Positions 8,035-16,481 of a stretch of 42,122 nt of DNA are shown here, one piece after another. Location: IMG/VR virus record IMGVR_UViG_2541047913_000004, one strand, 5' to 3'. The position numbers were made by a program, and so were the translations under genes. Positions within the stretch are counted from its first letter, which is position 1; every line of letters starts with the position of its first letter. The notes beneath the pieces are model-generated. The model had not been told where the DNA came from and ran no database searches. It saw nothing but the letters and a program-made list of their open reading frames with translations. The DNA comes from a virus (Duplodnaviria; Heunggongvirae; Uroviricota; Caudoviricetes).

Positions 8035-8393
8035 ATGAACAGTTTAACAACACACTACCGTCGCTCGCAACTGATTGCGCTTCCTGTACCGGGTGGAAAA
8101 GCGAAGGTGGAGTATTGCTATGCAGTAAATGTACCAGGTGACAGGGAAATTGTAACCCACAGCTTTGCAGAGTGGGCTGTGGGTGATTTCAACCGGCAGA
8201 AGGAGACAGTCCTTTGCGACAAGTTAACCGCTGGTTCAAAGATCACTACGGAGTGCCCGTCAGAGTCATTCGTTGGGAGCCGGAAACACAACGTGTTATC
8301 TACCTCCGCGAAGGCTATGAGCATGAGTGCTTCAGCCCGCTCGAACAGTTTCGTCGTAAATTCAGGGAAATAGAGGTCGGTCATGAGCACTAA
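8035..8393 (+). pseudogene. Hypothetical phage gene with apparent frameshift (two-frame ORF)
   Basis: Frame A (ATG 8035) looks protein-like for about 60 codons and then degenerates. Frame B opens at 8187, has no ATG, and encodes a plausible ...[47 protein letters not shown]... tail ending at 8393. Consistent with a 1-nt indel near 8190-8225 or a sequencing error. Confidence 0.4.
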
Positions 8394-9324
8394 ATTAACC
8401 GGCTATGTATGGGATGGTTGCGCTGCATCAGGCATGAAATTATCCAGCGTGGCAATTATGGCCCGCCTGGCTGATTTCAGTAATGACGAAGGTGTGTGCT
8501 GGCCATCAATTGAAACCATTGCCCGCCAGATTGGCGCGGGGATGAGTACCGTCAGAACGGCTATCGCACGGCTGGAAGCAGAAGGCTGGTTAACGCGTAG
8601 GGCGCGTCGCCAGGGTAACCGCAATGCGTCGAATGTTTATCAGCTTAACGTTGCGAAGCTTCAGGCAGCGGCATTTTCTCAACTGTCAGATTCTGACCCG
8701 TCAAAATCTGACGCATCAAAATCTGCCCCGTCAAAATTTGATGCGTCGAAATCTGGCAAAAAAGCGGGTTTTCACCCGTCAGAATCTGGTGGGGATCCGT
8801 CAGTAAAATCAAAACATGATCCGTCAGATAAAAAAACTTCTCGTCCGGACGCTTCGCAACCGGACACGCAGACGGCTGAACAGGATTTTTTAACTCGCCA
8901 TCCTGATGCGGTTGTATTCAGCCCTAAAAAGCGCCAGTGGGGGACGCAGGATGATTTGACCTGCGCACAGTGGCTCTGGAAAAAAATCATCGCCCTGTAC
9001 GAGCATGCCGCCGAATGTGACGGCGAGGTGGTTCGTCCCAAAGAACCGAACTGGACAGCCTGGGCAAACGAAATTCGCCTGATGTGTGTGCAGGATGGTC
9101 GTACTCATAAACAAATCTGCGAGATGTACAGCCGCGTCAGTCGCGATCCGTTCTGGTGCCGTAACGTGCTCAGCCCGTCGAAGCTGCGGGAAAAATGGGA
9201 TGAGCTTTCCCTGCGCTTATCGCCGTCCGTCAGCACGTACACCGAAAAACGCGAAGACCCGTACTTCAAAGCCAGTTACGACAACGTGGACTACAGCCAG
9301 ATCCCGGCAGGATTCAGGGGGTGA
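8383..9324 (+). CDS. Replication initiator (lambda O-like, N-terminal HTH), 313 aa
   Basis: N-terminal winged-HTH-like region; the central part contains iterated DPSKSDASKS-type peptide repeats that reflect DNA iterons; occupies the O position after cro/cII. Confidence 0.8.
   Translation: MSTKLTGYVWDGCAASGMKLSSVAIMARLADFSNDEGVCWPSIETIARQIGAGMSTVRTAIARLEAEGWLTRRARRQGNRNASNVYQLNVAKLQAAAFSQLSDSDPSKSDASKSAPSKFDASKSGKKAGFHPSESGGDPSVKSKHDPSDKKTSRPDASQPDTQTAEQDFLTRHPDAVVFSPKKRQWGTQDDLTCAQWLWKKIIALYEHAAECDGEVVRPKEPNWTAWANEIRLMCVQDGRTHKQICEMYSRVSRDPFWCRNVLSPSKLREKWDELSLRLSPSVSTYTEKREDPYFKASYDNVDYSQIPAGFRG
8698..8835 (+). repeat. Replication-origin-like iterons inside the initiator gene
   Basis: About 15-bp units CCGTCAAAATCTGAC / GCATCAAAATCTGCC / CCGTCAAAATTTGAT / GCGTCGAAATCTGGC in tandem (8698-8756), with further copies at 8775-8789, 8797-8810 and 8821-8835 ending in an A-rich tract. 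Same organisation as ori-lambda inside O. Confidence 0.6.
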
Positions 9325-9815
9325 TCATGAGTCTTTTGAATGACGTTCAGAAATTCATTGAAGCCCATCCGGGGTGTACTTCCGGAGACATTGCGGATGC
9401 TTTTGCAGGTTACTCACGACAGCGCGTTCTGCAGTCAGCAAGCAAGTTACGTCAGAGTGGGCGTGTGGCTCACCGTTGTGAAGGGGATACACGCAGACAT
9501 TTCCCGCGGCTGACTGAGATACCGCAGGAGCCGGAACCGCAACCAGTTCGTGAATCCAGACCTGTGCGCAATTTCTATGTCGGCACTAACGATCCCCGGG
9601 TGATTTTGTGCCTGACCCGCCAGGCGGAAGAACTGGAGTCCAGGGGCTTATACCGTCGTGCTGCAACGGTGTGGATGGCGGCATTCCGTGAAAGCCACTC
9701 CCAGCAAGAGCGAAACAATTTTCTTGCGCGTCGTGAGCGGTGTTTACGGAAAAGCAGCAAGCGCGCTGCATCGGGTGAAGAGTGGTATCTGTCAGGGAAT
9801 TACGTGGGGGCTTAA
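9321..9815 (+). CDS. PerC-family (Pch-like) transcriptional regulator with N-terminal winged-helix-like region, 164 aa
   Basis: C-terminal segment ...LTRQAEELESRGLYRRAATVWMAAFRESHSQQERNNFLARRERCLRK... resembles the PerC/Pch regulator signature as I recall it; coupled by ATGA overlap to the replication gene. Confidence 0.55.
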   Translation: MIMSLLNDVQKFIEAHPGCTSGDIADAFAGYSRQRVLQSASKLRQSGRVAHRCEGDTRRHFPRLTEIPQEPEPQPVRESRPVRNFYVGTNDPRVILCLTRQAEELESRGLYRRAATVWMAAFRESHSQQERNNFLARRERCLRKSSKRAASGEEWYLSGNYVGA

Positions 9816-10468
9816 TGAGTAATAAATATTGCCAGGCGCTGGTGGAGCTGCGGAACAAACCAGCCCATGAACTGAAGGAAGTGGGCGATCAGTGGCGCAC
9901 GCCGGACAACATTTTCTGGGGAATTAACACCCTGTTTGGCCCGTTTGTTCTGGATCTGTTTACTGATGGTGATAACGCCAAATGCGCCGCGTATTACACT
10001 GCGGAAGACAACGCGCTGGCGCATGACTGGTCAGAACGTCTTGCGGAGCTTAAAGGTGCTGCCTTTGGTAATCCCCCGTACAGCCGCGCCAGTCAGCATG
10101 AGGGGCAATACATCACCGGCATGCGTTACATCATGAAGCATGCCAGTGCCATGCGTGATAAAGGCGGGCGCTATGTTTTCCTGATCAAAGCTGCCACCAG
10201 CGAAGTGTGGTGGCCGGAAGATGCAGACCATATTGCTTTTATTCGCGGGCGTATTGGTTTTGAACTGCCAGCCTGGTTTATCCCGAAGGACGAGAAGCAG
10301 GTGCCGACAGGCGCTTTCTTCGCTGGTGCTATTGCTGTTTTCGACAAGACCTGGAAGGGACCGGCAATCAGCTACATCGGGCGCGATGAACTTGAGGCAT
10401 GTGGTGAGGCCTTTCTGGCGCAGGTTCGCCAGCAGGCGGAAAAACTGGTCAGGGAGATGGCGGCATGA
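9815..10468 (+). CDS. Phage DNA N6-adenine methyltransferase (Dam-like), 217 aa
   Basis: NPPY catalytic motif (...FGNPPYS...); start at the internal Met coupled by TAATG to the upstream gene. Confidence 0.85.
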   Translation: MSNKYCQALVELRNKPAHELKEVGDQWRTPDNIFWGINTLFGPFVLDLFTDGDNAKCAAYYTAEDNALAHDWSERLAELKGAAFGNPPYSRASQHEGQYITGMRYIMKHASAMRDKGGRYVFLIKAATSEVWWPEDADHIAFIRGRIGFELPAWFIPKDEKQVPTGAFFAGAIAVFDKTWKGPAISYIGRDELEACGEAFLAQVRQQAEKLVREMAA

Positions 10469-10791
10469 CGACGTTAACTCAATGCCAGCAGCAGGTGCTG
10501 GATATGCTGATTTCTTACCAGCAAGAACGTGGCTTTCCGCCAACCAATCAGGAGGTGGCAACCATGCTGGGATACCGTTCGGTGAATGCAGCGGTGGAGC
10601 ATCTTCGCGCACTGGAGAAAAAAGGCGTCATCACGATAAAGCGTGGCGTGGCCCGGGGGATAACTCTTCATACCGCGGTGAAGGACGACGACAGCGAGGC
10701 GGTCGGGATTATCCGCGCACTGCTTGCCGGTGAGGAAAACGCCAGGCTGCGTGCAGCCCACTGGTTACATGAGAGGGGCCTGAAAGTATGA
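10465..10791 (+). CDS. LexA N-terminal DNA-binding-domain-only protein, 108 aa
   Basis: ...QQVLDMLISYQQERGFPPTNQEVATMLGYRSVNAAVEHLRALEKKGVI... resembles the LexA winged-HTH domain; no S24 peptidase domain is present. Confidence 0.55.
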   Translation: MTTLTQCQQQVLDMLISYQQERGFPPTNQEVATMLGYRSVNAAVEHLRALEKKGVITIKRGVARGITLHTAVKDDDSEAVGIIRALLAGEENARLRAAHWLHERGLKV

Positions 10792-11177
10792 AGCTGATCT
10801 TGCCTTTCCCGCCCAGCGTGAACACGTACTGGCGACACCCCAACAAAGGGGCGTTTGCTGGTAAGAGTCTGATAAGCGCAGCGGGGCGCAAATTCCAGAG
10901 CGCGGCGTGCGCAGCAATAGTTGAGCAGTTACGTCGTCTGCCGAAACCAACGTCGGCACCTGCTTCAGTGGAGATCGTGTTGTTTCCTCCGGATAACCGG
11001 ATCCGCGATCTGGACAACTATAACAAGGCGCTGTTTGACGCCCTGACCCATGCGGGTGTGTGGGAAGACGACAGTCAGGTGAAAAGAATGCTGGTGGAGT
11101 GGGGACCGGTTATCCCGAAAGGGAAGGTCGAGATCACTATCAGTAAGTACGAGAAAACGGCGGGTGCAGCCGCCTGA
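10788..11177 (+). CDS. rusA: Holliday-junction resolvase RusA, 129 aa
   Basis: RusA-family length and acidic catalytic residues (...DLDNYNKALFDAL...VWEDDSQV...); lies in the nin-like region before Q. Confidence 0.85.
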   Translation: MKLILPFPPSVNTYWRHPNKGAFAGKSLISAAGRKFQSAACAAIVEQLRRLPKPTSAPASVEIVLFPPDNRIRDLDNYNKALFDALTHAGVWEDDSQVKRMLVEWGPVIPKGKVEITISKYEKTAGAAA

Positions 11178-11196
11178 TCAAGAGGAGAAACGAAGT

Positions 11197-12006
11197 ATGA
11201 ATAATCTGATGGTCATTGATGGTATTGAAGTTCGTCGTGATGCTTATGGGCGTTACAGCCTGAACGATCTGCATCGCGCAGCAGTAGCATCTGGTGCAAA
11301 TGCCAGAACCAAGGAGCCGGGAAAGTTTCTTTCCAGCCAACAAACTGTTGAGCTTGTTCATGAATTGACCAACACCCAGAATTTGGGTGTTGACCCGGTG
11401 AGTGTGATTCATGGGGGAAATGAACGGGGAACGTATGTCTGCAAGGAACTGGTGTATGCCTATGCAATGTGGATCAGCCCGTCATTCCATCTGAAGGTGA
11501 TCCGTACTTTCGATATGGTAACCAGCGCACCGGAAAAATTATCCGGACAGGCTGCTGACAAGATGCAGGCTGGCGTGATCCTGCTGGACTTTATGCGCCG
11601 GGAGTTAAACCTGTCTAACTCTTCAGTGCTTGGTGCCTGTCAGAAACTCCAGGAGGCTGTTGGCTTACCGAATCTGGCACCGCGCTATGCCATTGATGCT
11701 CCTGCTGATGCACACGATGGCTCAAGTCGCCCGACACTGTCACTGAGTGCACTGCTGAAACAGTATGGTATACGCCTGACGGCTAATCAGGCATATCACC
11801 AGATGGTGAAACTGGGGATCGTCGAGCAGCGCGAACGATACAGCCGTACAGCGATTAACAACATCAAAAAATTCTGGTCGCTGACAGCGAAAGGTTGCAT
11901 GTTCGGCAAGAACATCACCAGTCCCGCAAATCCGCGCGAGACACAGCCGCATTTCTTCGAATCCCGATTCCCTGAGCTGTTAAAGCTGCTCGATACCGTT
12001 CATTGA
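11197..12006 (+). CDS. KilA-N domain protein, 269 aa
   Basis: Start at the internal Met (MNNLMVIDGIEV...) with an AGGAG Shine-Dalgarno upstream; N-terminal KilA-N-like domain. Confidence 0.7.
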   Translation: MNNLMVIDGIEVRRDAYGRYSLNDLHRAAVASGANARTKEPGKFLSSQQTVELVHELTNTQNLGVDPVSVIHGGNERGTYVCKELVYAYAMWISPSFHLKVIRTFDMVTSAPEKLSGQAADKMQAGVILLDFMRRELNLSNSSVLGACQKLQEAVGLPNLAPRYAIDAPADAHDGSSRPTLSLSALLKQYGIRLTANQAYHQMVKLGIVEQRERYSRTAINNIKKFWSLTAKGCMFGKNITSPANPRETQPHFFESRFPELLKLLDTVH

Positions 12007-12007
12007 G

Positions 12008-13003
12008 GTGACCGTGAGAGCACTACTGACCCCTGAAATTGCCCCGCGTATGGGGATCGTATTGTTCAGGCCAGGTTCAGAGCTGATGCCCCTGTTTATG
12101 CAGGGGCGTGTCCTGCTGGAGCCTGAGCCGGAGCGTTATTCATCTTTCGCCAGTGGTGCCGTTCCGGCGGCATCACAACCGCTGGCGGATGATCCTGCCG
12201 TTCGGGCCGTGTTCCGCAATGAGGCAGTGATCCGTCGTGCTGGTGGCGTGGAATGTCTTGAAAGCTGGTTACTTCGTGAAAAAGGCTGCCAGTGGCCTCA
12301 TTCCGACTGGCACAGCGAGAACATGACCACAATGCGACACGCTCCGGGTGCAATCCGTCTGTGCTGGCACTGCGATAACCAGCTGCGCGATCAGTTCACG
12401 GAACGGCTGGAATCAATGGCAACGGATAACTGTGCCCGCTGGGTGTTGTCTGTTGTGCGTCGGGATCTCGGTTTTGATGACAGTCACGTTGTGACAATGC
12501 CGGAACTGTGCTGGTGGCTGATTCGTAATGATCTGGCGGATGCCTTACCGGAAAGTGCAGCCCGTAAGGCACTGAGATTACCGAAGCCTGTTGTGCCGTC
12601 TGTTACCCGGGAAAGTGACCTTGTGCCTTCGGTTCCTGCCACCAGCATCATCCAGGATAAGGCGAAAAAGGTGCTGGCGCTGAAAGTGGATCCGGAGTCG
12701 CCGGAGTCTTTTATGTTACGCCCAAAACGTCGCCGCTGGGTTAATGAAAAGTACACGCGCTGGGTTAAGACACAGCCGTGTGCATGTTGTGGAAAGCCAG
12801 CTGATGATCCGCATCATCTGATAGGCCATGGTCAGGGTGGAATGGGTACAAAAGCGCATGACCTTTTTGTGCTGCCTTTGTGCAGAAAACACCACGACGA
12901 ACTGCATGCGGATACCGTGGCATTTGAAGAGAAGTATGGCTCCCAGCTGGAGCTGATATTTCGTTTTATCGATCGCGCACTGGCGATTGGTGTGCTGGCC
13001 TGA
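12008..13003 (+). CDS. DUF968-family protein (YdfU-like) with C-terminal Cys/His nuclease-like motif, 331 aa
   Basis: GTG start 2 nt after the upstream stop; C-terminal ...[21 protein letters not shown]...[10 protein letters not shown]... suggests an HNH-like zinc-binding module. Confidence 0.65.
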   Translation: MTVRALLTPEIAPRMGIVLFRPGSELMPLFMQGRVLLEPEPERYSSFASGAVPAASQPLADDPAVRAVFRNEAVIRRAGGVECLESWLLREKGCQWPHSDWHSENMTTMRHAPGAIRLCWHCDNQLRDQFTERLESMATDNCARWVLSVVRRDLGFDDSHVVTMPELCWWLIRNDLADALPESAARKALRLPKPVVPSVTRESDLVPSVPATSIIQDKAKKVLALKVDPESPESFMLRPKRRRWVNEKYTRWVKTQPCACCGKPADDPHHLIGHGQGGMGTKAHDLFVLPLCRKHHDELHADTVAFEEKYGSQLELIFRFIDRALAIGVLA

Positions 13004-13020
13004 TTTTGTGGAGAAAGTTA

Positions 13021-13404
13021 ATGCGTGATATTCAGATGGTTCTTGAACGTTGGGGAGCGTGGGCGGCTAATAATCATGAAGATGTGACCTGGTCGTCCAT
13101 TGCCGCCGGTTTTAAGGGATTAATTCCTTCAAAAGTAAAATCTCGCCCGCAATGTTGTGACGATGACGCGATGATTATTTGCGGGTGCATGGCCCGTCTG
13201 AAAAAGAACAACAGCGATTTGCACGATTTATTAGTAGATTATTATGTAGTCGGTATGACATTCATGTCACTGGCAGGTAAGCATTGCTGCTCTGATGGTT
13301 ATATCGGGAAAAGGTTACAGAAGGCTGAGGGCATAATTGAAGGGATGTTAATGGCATTAGATATCCGGTTAGAGATGGATATCGTTGTTAATAACTCTAA
13401 TTAA
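13021..13404 (+). CDS. quuD: Late-gene antiterminator Q (QuuD-type), 127 aa
   Basis: Start at the internal Met ([24 protein letters not shown]...); Cys-rich motif [16 protein letters not shown]; position immediately before the late-operon leader and lysis genes. Confidence 0.8.
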   Translation: MRDIQMVLERWGAWAANNHEDVTWSSIAAGFKGLIPSKVKSRPQCCDDDAMIICGCMARLKKNNSDLHDLLVDYYVVGMTFMSLAGKHCCSDGYIGKRLQKAEGIIEGMLMALDIRLEMDIVVNNSN

Positions 13405-13437
13405 TATGCCAATTGTTTACTGAAAGTTATTAAAAAT

Positions 13438-13455
13438 GGGGCGTTGCAACGCCCC
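13438..13455 (-). terminator. Minus-strand intrinsic terminator downstream of nmpC (possible 3' end of an IpeX-like 3'UTR sRNA)
   Basis: Perfect palindrome GGGGCGTTGCAACGCCCC followed on the minus strand by AUUUUUAAU and on the plus strand by CAAAAAU, so it is orientation-specific for the minus strand, about 140 nt past the nmpC stop. Confidence 0.45.
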
Positions 13456-13543
13456 CAAAAATAAAGGGTAATATATAACAGAAGGTTTATATAGTTAGAA
13501 GCAAGGTTGTGCTCCTAAAGGAAGTGGCTTGAGGGAGCCACTT

Positions 13544-13583
13544 ATATGTTGGGGAGGCAACGCCTCCCGCAACATATCTTTTT
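13544..13583 (+). terminator. Plus-strand intrinsic terminator after Q (tR'-like)
   Basis: 14-bp stem (13544-13557 / 13563-13577, one bulged G) with a 5-nt loop, followed by CUUUUUCG on the plus strand only; about 140 nt downstream of the Q stop. Confidence 0.45.
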
Positions 13584-13593
13584 CGTAATCAGA

Positions 13594-14691
13594 TTAGAAC
13601 TGGTAAACCAGACCTACAGCAACGATGTCATCAGTGCTTACACCGAGTGCTTTAGTGAAGTCATTTTTGTCAAGCAGGTTGATTTTGTAATCAACGAAAG
13701 TAGACATATTTTTGTTGAAGTAATAGGTTGCACCTACATCAACATATTTGACTAAGTCCTGATCGCCCCATACTCCAAGATCCTTACCTTTAGATTGCAG
13801 GTAAGCAACGGACGGACGCAGACCGAAATCGAACTGATATTGTGCAACAGCTTCGAAGTTTTGAGCTTTATTAGCAACGAAGTGATCAGCAAATACAGTC
13901 ATATTCTGGGTTTCAGAATAGGTAGTGGCCAGGTAAATGTTGTTAGCGTCATATTTCAGACCTGCGGCCCAAACTTCTGCATTTTTACCGGAAGCAAATA
14001 CTTCAGGAAGAACTTTCCCTGCATTAACTTGAGTGTCGGTACGATCAGATTTCGCATAAGTTGCACCGATACCGAATCCTTCGTATTCATAGGTAGCAGA
14101 GAAACCGAAGCCATCACCGTTACCTTCGGTGTAGTTATCGAAATCGCTACGATCGTTTTTGCCTTGGTACTGAGCAGCAAAGTTCAGACCATCAACCAGA
14201 CCAAAGAAGTCGTTGTTACGATAGGTTGCAACACCAGTGGTGCGACCAGTCATGAACACATCTGTTTGGGTCCAGGTATCGCCACCGAATTCTGGCAGAA
14301 CGTCAGTCCACGCACCGATGTCGTATGCTACACCGTAGTTACGGCCGTAATCGATTGAGCCGTAGTCACCGAATTTCAGGCCTGCAAATGCAAGACGGGT
14401 TTTGTCTTTGGAGGAACCTTGAGATTCAGCGCGGTTGCCTTTGAATTCATATTCCCACTGACCGAAACCAGTCAGCTGATCGTTGATTTGGGTTTCGCCT
14501 TTGAAGCCCAGACGAACATAAGTAGTATCACCATCATCTGCATCGTTAGAGGAAAAGTAGTGCTTGGCATTAACTTTCCCGTACAGATCCAGCTTGTTAC
14601 TGTCTTTATTATAAATTTCAGCTGCCTGAGCAGACATCGCCATCAGTACTGATGCAGCTACAGCAGAAATTGCCACTGTTAATTTTTTCAT
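13594..14691 (-). CDS. nmpC: Outer-membrane porin NmpC/Lc (OmpC/OmpF family), 365 aa
   Basis: Signal peptide ([23 protein letters not shown]), porin beta-barrel pattern and C-terminal ...VGLVYQF; intact, with no IS5 interruption. Confidence 0.9.
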   Translation of the reverse strand: MKKLTVAISAVAASVLMAMSAQAAEIYNKDSNKLDLYGKVNAKHYFSSNDADDGDTTYVRLGFKGETQINDQLTGFGQWEYEFKGNRAESQGSSKDKTRLAFAGLKFGDYGSIDYGRNYGVAYDIGAWTDVLPEFGGDTWTQTDVFMTGRTTGVATYRNNDFFGLVDGLNFAAQYQGKNDRSDFDNYTEGNGDGFGFSATYEYEGFGIGATYAKSDRTDTQVNAGKVLPEVFASGKNAEVWAAGLKYDANNIYLATTYSETQNMTVFADHFVANKAQNFEAVAQYQFDFGLRPSVAYLQSKGKDLGVWGDQDLVKYVDVGATYYFNKNMSTFVDYKINLLDKNDFTKALGVSTDDIVAVGLVYQF

Positions 14692-15279
14692 CGTGAGCCC
14701 TTTTTTTTGAACTATTATTAAAAAATGATGTCACTGCGCGATAAATATTCATCTAATCAATGTGATTATTTCAAGATGTAAGTTTTAGTTTCTCATTTAA
14801 TTTGTGAAGTAGATCTCTATTTTTATCTGAACTTTTTCTATCGAAACCTATTTATGGCTCTTATTTGAACAAAAATAAATCTATTAGCTAATTTATATTA
14901 ATGGCTGTTATTTATGGTGGTTCTATAATTCGTCTGTTTAATTTAAACCGGCTAAAAATAACACTGGAAATTATTTATTGGTTATTTGTTGAGGTTTTCT
15001 TATGTATTTGTGGTGATGTTTTGAACACTCGGTAGCATTCTCATAAATATCATTCAGTGGTTTACGTACGTAAAAAATTGGTTATGCTGTTAAGAGTGGT
15101 TACTTCGTCACACAGCTTAAACCCGCCGTCGAGCTGGTTTTTCCATTTTTTGAGTCTCGATATTAGCTGATAACTCAATACCTGAGTTATTCACTGACTC
15201 GGAGTCAGTTACGTTTCTGCTTTTTTGCGATACGTTGTATTCCCTCAATTTACACCCGCTTTGTCTGCGAGGTGGGGTT

Positions 15280-15495
15280 ATGAAATTCATGGATAAGTTA
15301 ACAACTGGAGTCGCCTATGGCACCTCAGCAGGTAGTGCCGGTTACTGGTTTTTACAGCTGCTCGATAAAGTCACTCCCTCACAGTGGGCAGCAATAGGTG
15401 TGCTGGGTAGCCTGGTATTTGGCCTGCTGACGTACCTGACAAACCTTTATTTCAAGATTAAAGAAGATAAGCGCAAGGCTGCGAGAGGTGAATAA
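15280..15495 (+). CDS. essD: Class II holin (S21/EssD-type pinholin) with dual-start motif, 71 aa
   Basis: MKFMDK... gives Met1 and Met4 starts; two transmembrane segments; stop overlaps the endolysin start (TAATG). Confidence 0.85.
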
Positions 15496-15992
15496 TGCCT
15501 CCATCATTACGAAAAGCCGTTGCTGCTGCTATTGGTGGCGGAGCAATTGCTATAGCATCAGTGTTAATCACTGGCCCAAGTGGTAACGATGGTCTGGAAG
15601 GTGTCAGCTACATACCATACAAAGATATTGTTGGTGTATGGACTGTATGTCACGGACACACCGGAAAAGACATCATGCTCGGTAAAACGTATACCAAAGC
15701 AGAATGCAAAGCACTCTTGAATAAAGACCTTGCCACTGTCGCCAGACAAATTAACCCGTATATCAAAGTCGATATACCGGAAACAACGCGCGGCGCTCTT
15801 TACTCATTCGTTTACAATGTGGGTGCTGGCAATTTTAGAACATCGACGCTTCTTCGCAAAATAAACCAGGGCGATATCAAAGGCGCATGTGATCAGCTGC
15901 GTCGCTGGACATACGCTGGCGGTAAGCAATGGAAAGGCCTGATGACTCGTCGTGAGATTGAGCGTGAAGTCTGTTTGTGGGGGCAACAGTGA
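15495..15992 (+). CDS. rrrD: SAR endolysin (R21-type lysozyme), 165 aa
   Basis: N-terminal Gly/Ala-rich signal-anchor-release segment ([20 protein letters not shown]) followed by a lysozyme domain. Confidence 0.9.
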
Positions 15993-16450
15993 GCAGAGTA
16001 ACCGCGATTATATCCGCTCTGATTATCTGCATCATCGTCAGCCTGTCATGGGCGGTCAATCATTACCGTGATAACGCAATCGCCTACAAAGCCCAGCGCG
16101 ACAAAAATGCCAGAGAACTGAAGCTAGCGAACGCGGCAATTACTGACATGCAGATGCGTCAGCGTGATGTTGCTGCGCTCGATGCAAAATACACGAAGGA
16201 GTTAGCTGATGCGAAAGCTGAAAATGATGCTCTGCGTGATGATGTTGCCGCTGGTCGTCGTCGGTTGCACATCAAAGCAGTCTGTCAGTCAGTGCGTGAA
16301 GCCACCACGGCCTCCGGCGTGGATAATGCAGCCTCCCCCCGACTGGCAGACACCGCTGAACGGGATTATTTCACCCTCAGAGAGAGGCTGATCACTATGC
16401 AAAAACAACTGGAAGGAACCCAGAAGTATATTAATGAGCAGTGCAGATAG
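15989..16450 (+). CDS. rz: Rz i-spanin, 153 aa
   Basis: GTG start ([17 protein letters not shown]...), N-terminal transmembrane segment, coiled-coil periplasmic domain; near-identical to lambda Rz as I recall it. Confidence 0.8.
16209..16391 (+). CDS. rz1: Rz1 o-spanin lipoprotein, embedded in the +1 frame of Rz, 60 aa
   Basis: Lipobox ...VVVGC and a Pro-rich mature region; lies wholly inside Rz in another frame, the classic Rz/Rz1 arrangement. Confidence 0.75.
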   Translation: MRKLKMMLCVMMLPLVVVGCTSKQSVSQCVKPPRPPAWIMQPPPDWQTPLNGIISPSERG

Positions 16451-16481
16451 AGCTGACCATATCGATGGGCAACTCATGCAA

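Larger units (their letters stand above)
6162..8038 (+). pseudogene. CII/YdaT-like regulatory gene disrupted by IS629 insertion
   Basis: N-terminal fragment 6162-6315 and C-terminal fragment (ORF 7670-8038, open from 7629) are in the same frame once the IS and one copy of the GCC duplication are removed. Reconstructed junction reads ...ALFNR-L-RADGDQIFPLGWAMVLQRAGG... Confidence 0.7.

Noticed and set aside
7872-8141. ORF 7872-8141 (+) overlapping the C-terminus of the CII/YdaT-like gene
   Set aside because: Alternative frame of a gene whose own frame is supported by in-frame continuity across the IS629 excision junction.
13405-15279. Shiga toxin or tRNA cargo between Q and the lysis genes
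   Set aside because: No stxA/stxB-like ORFs and no tRNA-like cloverleaf sequences are present; the cargo here is the nmpC porin gene on the opposite strand.
14692-15279. Small ORFs or an sRNA in the AT-rich region between nmpC and the holin
   Set aside because: No ORF with a ribosome-binding site and no convincing hairpin-plus-U-run structure; most simply the nmpC promoter and upstream region crossed by the late transcript.
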